From a virus, in IMG/VR virus record IMGVR_UViG_3300032249_001164, positions 1 to 64,000 of that record: 64,000 bases of DNA, one strand, 5' to 3'. The notes under the pieces were generated by a model that saw only the letters and a program-made list of their open reading frames with translations, was not told where the DNA came from and did not search any database. The translations under genes were made by a program, and so were the position numbers. Shown here piece by piece: positions 38,347-47,524 of the stretch. Within the stretch, counting starts at the first letter, position 1, and each line of letters begins with the position of its first letter.

Positions 38347-39186
38347 TTAGTAGCCGATTACCGAAGCAAGAATTGGATCAAGGTTGCCACGGGCGCGAGC
38401 CTGCTGCACCAGACGCTGTGCTAGCGCTCTATCACGCATGATGATTTCAGTCGCTTTGGTTGCATTGCCGGAGCCGCTCGGTCCCCTCATAAATGGATTC
38501 TCGTTTACGGGTGTGGATGAGCGAGAAGTGGGTAGCCCTGAGCCAGATGCAACGACGCCGGGAAAGTAAATCGAGTATTCATCGTCTCTTTCGAGATTAC
38601 TAATAGCATCCGAAACATTTACCGGATTCTCTTCTGATCCGTAAACAACTGTTTCGTCGTCATCAAGGAGCCGAAACTGACTGCCTTGCAAAGCGTACAC
38701 ATGCGCCGGGCGCTTGCAGCCGGCTTTTTCTAGTTCCTGCATCACAACGGATCGCTTAAATCCATCAAGTCGCGCTTTTCGCTCCTGTTGTTTTTCCTGC
38801 TCCGTTTGCTGCAGCTTCGTGTTTAATTGATCCATCTGCTTTTGCATCGAAGTGAGGGTGGCACGTAAGACCTCATCAGCGGCACTGGAAGTGGTGCCCG
38901 GAGCCGAAGGTTCACCGGATGCAGAGGCCGGAGGGGTGCCGGCAGGAGTGCCATCAGCGCTAGATGCGGCCCTGGCTGCAAGTAGTTCCGCGATTCGGTC
39001 TTCAGCATCTTCGCTTGATAGGTCGATCCCAGCCGCCTTGACCAAGCGATCAACGCCTTTCTTTTTCTGTAGATCGCTCAGTAAGCCGGTCTTGGTGCGC
39101 TCCAGCGCCTGCAGCTTTGTTTCACTCTCTTGCCGCTTTGCCTCGCTCTCCTCTAGTAGCGCTTGCAGTTCTTCGATGGTCAGCAC
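38347..39186 (-). CDS. capsid scaffolding protein
   Basis: Coiled coil, C-terminal SGSG...NPF; between portal and capsid. Confidence 0.75.
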   Translation of the reverse strand: MLTIEELQALLEESEAKRQESETKLQALERTKTGLLSDLQKKKGVDRLVKAAGIDLSSEDAEDRIAELLAARAASSADGTPAGTPPASASGEPSAPGTTSSAADEVLRATLTSMQKQMDQLNTKLQQTEQEKQQERKARLDGFKRSVVMQELEKAGCKRPAHVYALQGSQFRLLDDDETVVYGSEENPVNVSDAISNLERDDEYSIYFPGVVASGSGLPTSRSSTPVNENPFMRGPSGSGNATKATEIIMRDRALAQRLVQQARARGNLDPILASVIGY

Positions 39187-39217
39187 AGATTAAAGGTGTA
39201 ACTACCTGAACTATAGC

Positions 39218-40891
39218 TCAAGACTCGCTTTGCTCATCCACATGCTCGGGTAGCTCCCCATCGGCCCCGCCACCTACTGACTCCTGGGGATCGTTTTGGA
39301 CGTAGAGCCTGTTATTGGCATCGCCCTGCGCTGGCCTTGGCTTGACAATCTCGGACCTGCGCTCCGAGCCTTTGAGGCCCATTTTCTCAAGCAGGGTTTT
39401 GACACTGAAACCATGCATTCCCTCAAACATTTCACCAGCCTCAAGCATTTCAAGGAAAGTTTGAATGGGGATAGCCTCAGAATCTTTATAGAGAGAGTTG
39501 ATAGCGATAACTTGTTGGCTATGGAGCTTAGCTGGAATAAAATTCTTGCTAAGCGCAACTTTTACGAATGGATATGCGTCAGCCCTGTATCCAGACGCAT
39601 ACCACAATGCTCGATTGAGGCAGTCTTGTAGCGAACCGATCAAAACAGCAAGCTGGGAGTCCGATTGCGACCTATCAAGAAGCTTTGCAACGCCAGACTC
39701 TATCTGATTCTTACCTGAGGCGATTGCAATGGCGGCAAGGCGGTCCATCGCGTTTTCGATTCTACCAAGCTGCTTGAGTGTCGTCTCGGCGCCATCCATA
39801 CCAGGGGATACCATACCAAATCTTGCATTTTCATTTCTACTGAAAAGACTGCGACCAGACCCAGCCCATACCTCTTCATCAGGACTGACGCCAGTGCCAG
39901 TTAAAAGCGGAGAAGAATTTAAGTGAATCGTTTCCGTTAAGTCAGCAGATGTCGCCCAGTGATGCAAATTTAGCCTTGCAATGTCAAATAGCAGAGGTCT
40001 TGCGCGGCAAAAAGCTTCTTCTTTCCCGCCGTAACAAGGCACAAACGGAATGTAGTTAATCGAAAGGAATGTTTCGCCGTTTTCCGGTATAATGTAACTG
40101 TCGGCAGCCCCTGAGGCATTTTTTTCGTAAATACGTACACGAACATTTCCGCTTTTCTCTGGAATGTCATAAACCACAACAGTTGGCACCACTTCCTCGT
40201 AATGCTCGTTATCGAGGCTGGCTCTCCTGATTTCTGATTTAATCCTCAAGTAAACAACTCTTGCCTCGTAAGACGTAATATTGTTGATAGTAACAGGACC
40301 GTTTTCATGCCTGCAATCCAGAATATCATCAACCTTAATAATTGTAAAGTATGGGCGCAGCTCCATACTACGTTGAACCGCTTTGTCGTCAGTGTCAACC
40401 CTGGGGTAATCTGCTATTAAGCCAGCAATTCCGCCGTTCAATGCTTCCGTGAACAGGGTTTTGGCGAAAGATGTGATCGACCTTCCTTCAAGGTTTACGT
40501 TTTCAAAAAACTTTTTCCATTCTTCTGTGAGTTCCTGTGGAAGAACTACGCCTTTCCTGAGAGCGGTACCGACGATGATGTCTACGTAGTGCGAATAAAA
40601 CGGCTGAAAACAGGTCATCGCTCGCGTCATGCGAACGTTGTAACTCTCTTTTTGCTCTTGGAAGTCCTGTGGGATGTACTCGTCTATCGCTTCATCAAGA
40701 TAAAACTCTGGTAGCGTGCAAAACTTGATAGGCAGAATCCGTGAAACTTGTTCTGCCTGGTCAGGTGAATATATGTCTACGCCCGTAACCTCTGCGTAAA
40801 CTTTTTCTGTTTCAGGCGCCCTTCTGTCGAAAGGGGCTGGCAGATCATCGGCACTCAAGACGATGGAATTAGGAACGCCAATTGAGGGCAC
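39218..40891 (-). CDS. portal protein (DUF4055-like)
   Basis: Y..R..RA, NVNLEG, IPFVP.Y, PLLFDIARLNLHHW...AD. Confidence 0.88.
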   Translation of the reverse strand: MPSIGVPNSIVLSADDLPAPFDRRAPETEKVYAEVTGVDIYSPDQAEQVSRILPIKFCTLPEFYLDEAIDEYIPQDFQEQKESYNVRMTRAMTCFQPFYSHYVDIIVGTALRKGVVLPQELTEEWKKFFENVNLEGRSITSFAKTLFTEALNGGIAGLIADYPRVDTDDKAVQRSMELRPYFTIIKVDDILDCRHENGPVTINNITSYEARVVYLRIKSEIRRASLDNEHYEEVVPTVVVYDIPEKSGNVRVRIYEKNASGAADSYIIPENGETFLSINYIPFVPCYGGKEEAFCRARPLLFDIARLNLHHWATSADLTETIHLNSSPLLTGTGVSPDEEVWAGSGRSLFSRNENARFGMVSPGMDGAETTLKQLGRIENAMDRLAAIAIASGKNQIESGVAKLLDRSQSDSQLAVLIGSLQDCLNRALWYASGYRADAYPFVKVALSKNFIPAKLHSQQVIAINSLYKDSEAIPIQTFLEMLEAGEMFEGMHGFSVKTLLEKMGLKGSERRSEIVKPRPAQGDANNRLYVQNDPQESVGGGADGELPEHVDEQSES

Positions 40892-41054
40892 GGTGCCACG
40901 CTGTCAGGTGATCACAGTTTAACCAAAGCACAAAGGCCTTGGATTTCTCCAAAGCCCTCAAACAGCGAAGGCGATTGCGAACCTTCGCGCTTAACGTTTC
41001 AGCAGCCTTTTGTCATGCCCGCCGAAAGGCGACTGCTGGTGCATAGAAATCCTA

Positions 41055-42458
41055 TCATCTCCAGCGGCCACCATAACCAGCCCTAGCGCTAGCGCGTGGA
41101 AAGACCTGCCACAGTAAGTACCTTAAAGCATCTCCGATGTGCGAATGGTCAACAGCACCACCCTTTGATGGCTTCAATGTTTTGGAATCGTAAGACCAGC
41201 GCTCAGCCACGTTCATAGTGTTGTGACACGTTGTTGGATTGAAAAGCACTAAATCGCGACGCATGTGAACGTTTGCGTGAGCCAGTGTATCCGCAATGTA
41301 TGGGTTTTTGCTTTCTGTCAGAATTCTGACGCCAGCAGCAAGGAGGATCTCGTGATCAGTTTGTGTTGATGAAGTGGAATCATGGGAGCCGCTTGCATCT
41401 GGACAGCAAGTAATCAGGCCAGCCGCAAGGTGTCGTGGATACTTTTGCTGAAGATGGGTTACTAGCGAGAAAGTGTCAGCCACTTTCGACTCTGCAAAAC
41501 AGTGCAGCTCTTGACCCATTCGACCAGCCCTGACAACCCCGTACAGAGCGTGGCACTGGCCAACGTTGAAGTCCGCTCCAAATATAATCCGCTCTTCTGG
41601 TTCTGGTAGAAACACGCCAGTTGTATGCCTAGCCCTGTTGAATTCAAAGAAAACTGTAGCCGATTCAAGATTTACAAACTCACCATTAAGATAGGCTTTG
41701 ACGAGCTGTGGATGGTACTTGCTTTTAAGATCTTCAACAAAACTTTTATCGAGGTAAGGATTGTCTTCCGATTTTCCGCGATACAACTCTTTGTTGTCTG
41801 CTTTCTGTTCCTCGAAGAATGTGTACATAAAGCCATAGCCCTCTGGCGTAGAAGCTGCGGCGATCTGAGGGCAGTTACCAACCCGTACACGACCCTGAAG
41901 CTTGATCATCGCCTTTTCCGCAATCTCCTGGGGAGTAGTATCTGTTTCGTCAGAAGCAATGCTTGCTGCGTTGACACCAATTAGGCGTTGGTAGTTCTCC
42001 ATTGAGCGAAGGAGAACAGGTGTTGGGCCACCGGGGAGAAGTAGCTTAAAGACTGGCCTGGGGGATACCTTAAAGGTGTGGGGAATGCTATACTTCTCCA
42101 GAAGTATGTTCCACTCTGGCAACGCAACGTCGTCAATTAGTGGAATTGTGGGTTCAAGGAATAAATGCGTAAACCCCTGGGACCTGAAACAAAGTAGAAG
42201 CTGCTTGCAAATCAAGGATCTTGTCTTTCCGCTGCCATAGCCTCCACAGAAACCCACGTACTTATGGCTAAAGTCTGTAACAAAGTTGCGCTGGTACGGA
42301 AGTAGGCCTTCAATAATTTTTACTTCAGCCGCTTTTACGTCAAATGTTGAATTGGCTCGGCGCTTAAACTTTTGCTTGACGCTTGCATCTGCCAGCAAGC
42401 CAAGACCGTTGGCTGCCGCTCGGTCGGCATAGGCACTGGATCTTGATCGTGCTGGCAT
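41055..42458 (-). CDS. terL: terminase large subunit
   Basis: GGYGSGKT, ASIASDE, STPEG, GADFNV, HIGDALRY. Confidence 0.95.
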   Translation of the reverse strand: MPARSRSSAYADRAAANGLGLLADASVKQKFKRRANSTFDVKAAEVKIIEGLLPYQRNFVTDFSHKYVGFCGGYGSGKTRSLICKQLLLCFRSQGFTHLFLEPTIPLIDDVALPEWNILLEKYSIPHTFKVSPRPVFKLLLPGGPTPVLLRSMENYQRLIGVNAASIASDETDTTPQEIAEKAMIKLQGRVRVGNCPQIAAASTPEGYGFMYTFFEEQKADNKELYRGKSEDNPYLDKSFVEDLKSKYHPQLVKAYLNGEFVNLESATVFFEFNRARHTTGVFLPEPEERIIFGADFNVGQCHALYGVVRAGRMGQELHCFAESKVADTFSLVTHLQQKYPRHLAAGLITCCPDASGSHDSTSSTQTDHEILLAAGVRILTESKNPYIADTLAHANVHMRRDLVLFNPTTCHNTMNVAERWSYDSKTLKPSKGGAVDHSHIGDALRYLLWQVFPRASARAGYGGRWR

Positions 42459-42760
42459 TGCTACGTGTTACTGTCTTCAGGAATTTTTAGGCTTTGAACG
42501 TAAAAGCCAGTTTTGCATACTTTTAAGCAGAAATGACCGTGATGTTTGATGATTGCCTGATTGGACCTCAGTAATAACAACAGAAGGTCTCCACCGAAAT
42601 TTAACACCAAAAATTAACGAAAGATTGCTCAGGTCTTGCCTTGGGCATGGACTTTTTGCGCTTGCAACACTGCCTAAAAACTGTAGCGCATCCCCACCGC
42701 CATCCCGCCCTCCGTGAATACAGGTAATTACCAAAACTCAATTGCATGACAGGCCGGCGT

Positions 42761-42955
42761 TCAGTTGTTGCGCACGGGTCCCGCTGACAGGGTTTGCTTC
42801 ATTACCCAACCTGTAGCAGCTTTTTACATTATCCACGCTTGGAGTAACTGCTTAGCAATGGCTCTCAGTGTTGCTACGTCGCCCGTAGTATCGATGGCTC
42901 TCGAAAATCTTTCAATCTCAAATTCTTGGGAAGCAGTGAGCGCAAGTGGCTCCAT
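42761..42955 (-). pseudogene. nblA: NblA-like phycobilisome degradation protein with in-frame TAA at codon 44
   Basis: MEPLALTASQEFEIERFSRAIDTTGDVATLRAIAKQLLQAWIM*KAATGWVMKQTL...; resembles picocyanobacterial NblA on both sides of the stop. Confidence 0.7.
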
Positions 42956-43355
42956 CGTTTGATTTCTGCTGATGAAGTTGAATTTTACCATTGATCTCGG
43001 TTTTATCGCCAGCACAGCCAAGATTGGTGGCCTTGCGTTCGGCGTTCCAAGCGGCCCGCTCTGACCTGGCGGTGCAGGAGGCCCAGGCGGCAGCGTTGTT
43101 GATGGTGTCGGACAGTTCGGCGGCTGCACCGCCTGCAAGTCGCTGCTCCAGTAGACCCCCAGCCTGGCTCATCCGATCAGCGCTTTTTAGATCCCGGCCA
43201 CCCCAGGCTCTGCGTCGCGTCTCCAGTCGCTGAAGTACAGCGATTAAAAAACGATCCCTAGTTGCATCCAAATCGATTACCACACCTAAGTGTGCAATGT
43301 GAACAAAGCCTAGTTCCTGTTGTAGCCGCTTAAACCAGTAGGGCTGTTCAGTCAT
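42918..43355 (-). CDS. hypothetical protein
   Basis: ORF between thyX and nblA; 3' end overlaps nblA start. Confidence 0.55.
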   Translation of the reverse strand: MTEQPYWFKRLQQELGFVHIAHLGVVIDLDATRDRFLIAVLQRLETRRRAWGGRDLKSADRMSQAGGLLEQRLAGGAAAELSDTINNAAAWASCTARSERAAWNAERKATNLGCAGDKTEINGKIQLHQQKSNDGATCAHCFPRI

Positions 43356-43395
43356 TGCAAGATTGTGAGTAAGTGGGGATTAGTAATCTGTAGCT

Positions 43396-44124
43396 TTACG
43401 GCGCCAGTCTCGCCTTAGCCCAGCGGTGCTGGTGATACCAGGCGGCGATTTCAGGAGCCCAACTTTGCAGGTGGGGCCACATCAAATCGCAGAGATAGCG
43501 AATTTCATCCTGGGCATCGAGCTTGACCCGCAGGTCGAGGAAGTGCAGGAAGGCCCGCAGGCTGAAGCTCACCACGAAGTGTTGGCGGTAATCGAATGGC
43601 AGGCAACCACGAGCCTGCTCGAATGGTTCACCGTTGGCTACTCGGCAGGCGTAGTGCTCAGCGGCAGCGTGGCAGCGCCTAATATCCTCCTCGCGGAGTT
43701 CAAATGTGTAATCGTAAACGCTTCCGTTGTTCGGGTCGCGGTATTGCCCCACGGGGCGCAGGTAAAACACTTCCTCTAGCGGTAATTCCCAGTTAGCGGC
43801 ACGCACGATACGTAAGCCTGTGAATCGTGCACTCTGAACATCGAAGCTAGTCCCGATCCGATGAGTTCGGGCTTGCTGTATGACTGAATGGGGAAACCAG
43901 CCTACATTGAGCACGATCTGGCCGTGCTCCAGGGGGCCGTAATGGCCGCGATCGCCCGCCAGTAGGCGCTTGATGCAGATCTCGCCAGCGCGGCTTTCCT
44001 CGGGCCAGTTGGCGCGGTCGTCCACCACGTAGCCCTCGCTGTAGTCCTGGTGCATCGCCGCGTAGATGACCTGCTGGGGGTTGGGGGTGGCGGCGATCAA
44101 GTCAACTCGAAAAAGTGGGTCCAT
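43396..44124 (-). CDS. thyX: flavin-dependent thymidylate synthase
   Basis: HYGPLEH, QARTHRIGTSFDVQSAR, HFLDLR..LDAQDEIR; likely start MDPLFRV. Confidence 0.95.
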   Translation of the reverse strand: MDPLFRVDLIAATPNPQQVIYAAMHQDYSEGYVVDDRANWPEESRAGEICIKRLLAGDRGHYGPLEHGQIVLNVGWFPHSVIQQARTHRIGTSFDVQSARFTGLRIVRAANWELPLEEVFYLRPVGQYRDPNNGSVYDYTFELREEDIRRCHAAAEHYACRVANGEPFEQARGCLPFDYRQHFVVSFSLRAFLHFLDLRVKLDAQDEIRYLCDLMWPHLQSWAPEIAAWYHQHRWAKARLAP

Positions 44125-44128
44125 GGAA

Positions 44129-44572
44129 TTAGTGCCAGAGAATTGATATTGCGCCGCAGATCCCCAGGGCAACTAGCACCCTGACCACTGCAGCTTGCTG
44201 CCATGAACGGTCAGCTCGTAGCGCAGCGATTGCCGCATTGCGATTAGCGAGATCTTCCTCCGCCCGATCTAGTCGGTCAGCTAGCTGCAGGCCAAGCGCT
44301 ACTGCCGTGTCTCGCTCGCTGCGCAGGCGGGCATGGTGCGACGGAAGGGGGTGGTTCCTTCCCTGCTCAAACGCTTTGCATGCGACATAGGTAAACGCAG
44401 CTTCGTCGGGACGCTTGCAACCTCTGCTTTCTCTATATGCCTCTTGAACCCAGTCGGCGACAAGGCCCCTCAGGGCCTCACCCATCTCCAGATCGCAAGC
44501 CCCCCCGCACTCGGCAATCTGCAAGGGCCCAAGGAGGGGGTGGTCGTCGGGATTTGTTTCCGGGGTTGGCAT
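44129..44572 (-). CDS. hypothetical protein with C-terminal TM
   Basis: ATG downstream of promoter at 44601-44629. Confidence 0.6.
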   Translation of the reverse strand: MPTPETNPDDHPLLGPLQIAECGGACDLEMGEALRGLVADWVQEAYRESRGCKRPDEAAFTYVACKAFEQGRNHPLPSHHARLRSERDTAVALGLQLADRLDRAEEDLANRNAAIAALRADRSWQQAAVVRVLVALGICGAISILWH

Positions 44573-44600
44573 GTCGATAGCTAATTGGTTAACAGCAGGT

Positions 44601-44673
44601 ATTTTACTGGCAAGGCTGGAATCTGTCAAGAAACGTGAGCCCCTTGACAGCCGGCCAGCTTAAGAGATAAAGT
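44601..44673. promoter_or_regulatory. back-to-back divergent sigma70 promoters
   Basis: Minus: TTGACA-17-TAAAAT. Plus: TTGACA-18-TAAAGT. The -35 boxes form inverted repeat CTGTCAAG...CTTGACAG. Confidence 0.7.
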
Positions 44674-44696
44674 GGTGAAGCCGTTATTAGTAATTT

Positions 44697-45338
44697 ATGG
44701 ATTTTGATACAGCGTTCTCCTCCCAGCCGTTGCGCCGAGACATCCTCAGTAAAGCCTCTGGCCAGTGGCCACACCTTTTGCGAACCTTGGGCGGCCTTCA
44801 GGAACATTACCTAAGCGGCGCTCACCAGCCATGTCCGTGCTGCCATGGAGATGATCGTTATCGCTGGATCACGGATGATGGCCCAGGTGGCTGGTTTTGT
44901 ACGCATTGCGCAGGCAAGGATCAGAGGGGTGGCGGAGGCAGCGGTATTGATCTTTTAATGCGTTTACGCAACTGGTCTTTCCGGCAAGCAATTAAACAGG
45001 TTAAACTCTATTACGATGGACTGCCGTTTCAGCCTACCGTTAAACAAGTGGCTCCACTCCCAAAGCCATCAACTGCTGGCCTCAAGCACTCTGAACTTGA
45101 GCGGTTTTTATTGCTAGAGCTTGCTGGTCAATTAACTGATAACGAGTTTTTTTCGCCAGCAGGGGCGAGGCAGCGAATTTACTCTAGGCGCTGGGCTGCC
45201 TACGCATCAGTAAACTACGACCAAGCCAGATCAGCTGTTTTGCAGTTTGAGACGGAGCGTGGTATTGTGGATGAGCTGGAGGTGTGGCCAGGCAGCTCCA
45301 TTCCAGCGGTCCGACAGATTTTCGCTATCAATCCATGA
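44697..45338 (+). CDS. P4 alpha-type primase zinc-binding domain protein (no TOPRIM/helicase domain)
   Basis: GQWPHLL..LGG...HQPCPCCHGDDRYRW...GGWFCTHC...GSGIDLLM. Confidence 0.8.
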   Translation: MDFDTAFSSQPLRRDILSKASGQWPHLLRTLGGLQEHYLSGAHQPCPCCHGDDRYRWITDDGPGGWFCTHCAGKDQRGGGGSGIDLLMRLRNWSFRQAIKQVKLYYDGLPFQPTVKQVAPLPKPSTAGLKHSELERFLLLELAGQLTDNEFFSPAGARQRIYSRRWAAYASVNYDQARSAVLQFETERGIVDELEVWPGSSIPAVRQIFAINP

Positions 45339-45595
45339 AACGCGACCCGCTTTTACCATCGCCCGAAGTTTGCGACTGGCTATTAAACCAGGAGTGGTCA
45401 ACGCCCGTAACTGTTCATATTGGCAGCGACCATTGCAAAAGCGAAATCTATGACTGCTGCGAGGCTCGCGCAGCTGTCGGAGCTGACGAGTGTATTGACC
45501 TGCATCTGCCGGCATTCGGCTTGCAGCTCCTTCGCGATGATGCGGTAGCTCGCAAAGCTGGTGAATATGAAATAGGGGAAAACTTTGCCAGGTAG
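45335..45595 (+). CDS. hypothetical protein
   Basis: ATGA coupling to upstream gene. Confidence 0.5.
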   Translation: MKRDPLLPSPEVCDWLLNQEWSTPVTVHIGSDHCKSEIYDCCEARAAVGADECIDLHLPAFGLQLLRDDAVARKAGEYEIGENFAR

Positions 45596-45693
45596 GCCGA
45601 CTCGACTGACCAAGAGCAGTAATTGGTGATAGACATCAGCGAAGTAATTAGATTCTCCAACGTTTCTGCACCTATCTCCATCGCTAAATTTGC

Positions 45694-45915
45694 ATGAACA
45701 GGGAAGGCATCGGTAAAGCGATTTTTGCGATTGGTATCGCGCTGTGGCTAGGATTAGCTATCGTACTTATTACAGCACCAGGACCTCGGAATTGCACGCG
45801 AACCGGAACTACCCGCTCGGTCGCGTCATCTATAATTCCTGGAACAACCGTTATGCCGTATACATATCAGCAGTCGATATACAAGTGTTCAGCAAAGGAG
45901 GGCGCTGGTGATTGA
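45694..45915 (+). CDS. small membrane protein
   Basis: N-terminal TM, two Cys. Confidence 0.55.
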   Translation: MNREGIGKAIFAIGIALWLGLAIVLITAPGPRNCTRTGTTRSVASSIIPGTTVMPYTYQQSIYKCSAKEGAGD

Positions 45916-46363
45916 GCCAGATTTTTTGGCGTCTCTTCGCCAGTGCCAGAGAGCTGAAATGGTCTTGGTTATGGTTCAGCTTGAACAGCTCATCCCTGGC
46001 TGGTGGGAATCTGTAAATGATTTAGCGTTGCAGCTGGGAACTGATCGCGCTACATTGAACCGCAGCCTTCGCCATCTCAGGGAACGAGATTTAATCCGCT
46101 ACTACAGTATTTCAAACAAAAGCGGTACCTGGGTCTGGTGGGTTAAACGTCACGCAACTGACGTACCCAAGCCAACGGATGAGCCAGGTTGGGATCTTGC
46201 AACCACGCCCAGCACGGGTAAAACCAGAATCCCCATCAGCAAAAGAAGGGAATGGGCAAGGGCTAGGGGCATCTCAATGTCAACCCTATGTGGTTTTTTG
46301 TACGGCAGGCAAAAAATACTGAAAGGTAGGTGGCGGCTGCTAAGGAGCCCCATTGACATATAA
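45908..46363 (+). CDS. winged-HTH DNA-binding protein
   Basis: VNDLALQLGTDRATLNRSLRHLRERDLI. Confidence 0.7.
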   Translation: MIEPDFLASLRQCQRAEMVLVMVQLEQLIPGWWESVNDLALQLGTDRATLNRSLRHLRERDLIRYYSISNKSGTWVWWVKRHATDVPKPTDEPGWDLATTPSTGKTRIPISKRREWARARGISMSTLCGFLYGRQKILKGRWRLLRSPIDI

Positions 46364-46435
46364 GTAGCGTACAAGTAGGTGTGACCATTTCCCTGGCGCT
46401 ACGGAAATGGTCGTCACGGCGTCAACCGCAGTACC

Positions 46436-46996
46436 ATGGAAGCAGCCAGCGAGCCAGTCACCATGCCCGCCCTTGTAGGCCCCAAGAAAACGCCCCACGA
46501 TTTTGGCTTTGGCCCCAAGGATTCCCATCTGGTGGTGAATGACCAAGCCGAAACACTGACGGCTTACGACTTCAAGGGGGCCAAGCTGTTCACCATCCGC
46601 TGCCTGGCACGGGGGCAGGGCAAAGACAATGAATGGCAGTCACCCAACACCGACACCCCTCCGGGCCTCTATCAAGTGGGAACTGTGTGGCGTGATTACG
46701 ACCGACTGGGGGACTGTCCGGCAGTCGTGCCACATGAACTACTGCCCTATGGCTGGTATACGCTTGACCTGATCGAGCTAGAAACCCAGGAGCGCCGCTA
46801 CGGGCGGGCCGGCATTGCCATCCACGGTGGCGGGTCGGCGCTGGGGCATCGCGGCTGCTGGCAGCCATATCAGGGTTTGCTGCCAACCCACGGCTGCGTA
46901 AGGGTCCATAACGCTGATGTGCGTGATAAAATTATGCCCTTGGTAGACAAGGGGAAGGTGTTTGTTTCTGTTTACCAGGAGGCAGGTTCCCTGTAA
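46436..46996 (+). CDS. L,D-transpeptidase (YkuD) family protein
   Basis: DTPPGLY, GIAIHGGG...THGCVRVHN. Confidence 0.85.
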   Translation: MEAASEPVTMPALVGPKKTPHDFGFGPKDSHLVVNDQAETLTAYDFKGAKLFTIRCLARGQGKDNEWQSPNTDTPPGLYQVGTVWRDYDRLGDCPAVVPHELLPYGWYTLDLIELETQERRYGRAGIAIHGGGSALGHRGCWQPYQGLLPTHGCVRVHNADVRDKIMPLVDKGKVFVSVYQEAGSL

Positions 46997-47003
46997 AAAA
47001 TAG

Positions 47004-47255
47004 TCACTCCCTGGGCCTCTCCAGCTTGGTAACAATGGTGTTGATGTGATCGACACGCACAGCGGGGAGTTCCCCGTCCGTTGGGCAGTACAGCTGTTCG
47101 CTTTGGTCCGCCAGCGCTTTTAGTACAGCAGCAGCACCAGCGCGGCAATCTGCGCATGTGACCGTGCAAGGGCGTGAAGTGTAGCCGCAAAGAAGGAACA
47201 AGAAAGTGTTGCATATTGCGCGGGCTAAGTTGTCAGCGGATTCAGCGTCGATCAT
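47004..47255 (-). CDS. hypothetical protein
   Basis: Coupled start/stop overlap. Confidence 0.5.
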   Translation of the reverse strand: MIDAESADNLARAICNTFLFLLCGYTSRPCTVTCADCRAGAAAVLKALADQSEQLYCPTDGELPAVRVDHINTIVTKLERPRE

Positions 47256-47467
47256 TCGATGATGGTTTGAGTGTCCAGGGAAAATCTAACAGATTTGACA
47301 ATTTTTTCCCATGAGGCGTCATCCTTGATCCATTTGGGGCGACGTAGGTAGGCCAATGGGCTAACGCAATGCTCTGAGTGTCCCCAGATCGCCAAACTGC
47401 CGTTAATAGCTTCCACGCTGTAACTATTTGGGATGAAGGCTCGTAGGGTGTTTGGTTGTTCGGTCAT
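47252..47467 (-). CDS. hypothetical protein
   Basis: Operon packing. Confidence 0.55.
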   Translation of the reverse strand: MTEQPNTLRAFIPNSYSVEAINGSLAIWGHSEHCVSPLAYLRRPKWIKDDASWEKIVKSVRFSLDTQTIIE

Positions 47468-47524
47468 GACATAGTTGCAGAAAGAATCACAGGAAGGATT
47501 ACGGCAAGACGTACTTACGGTTTG

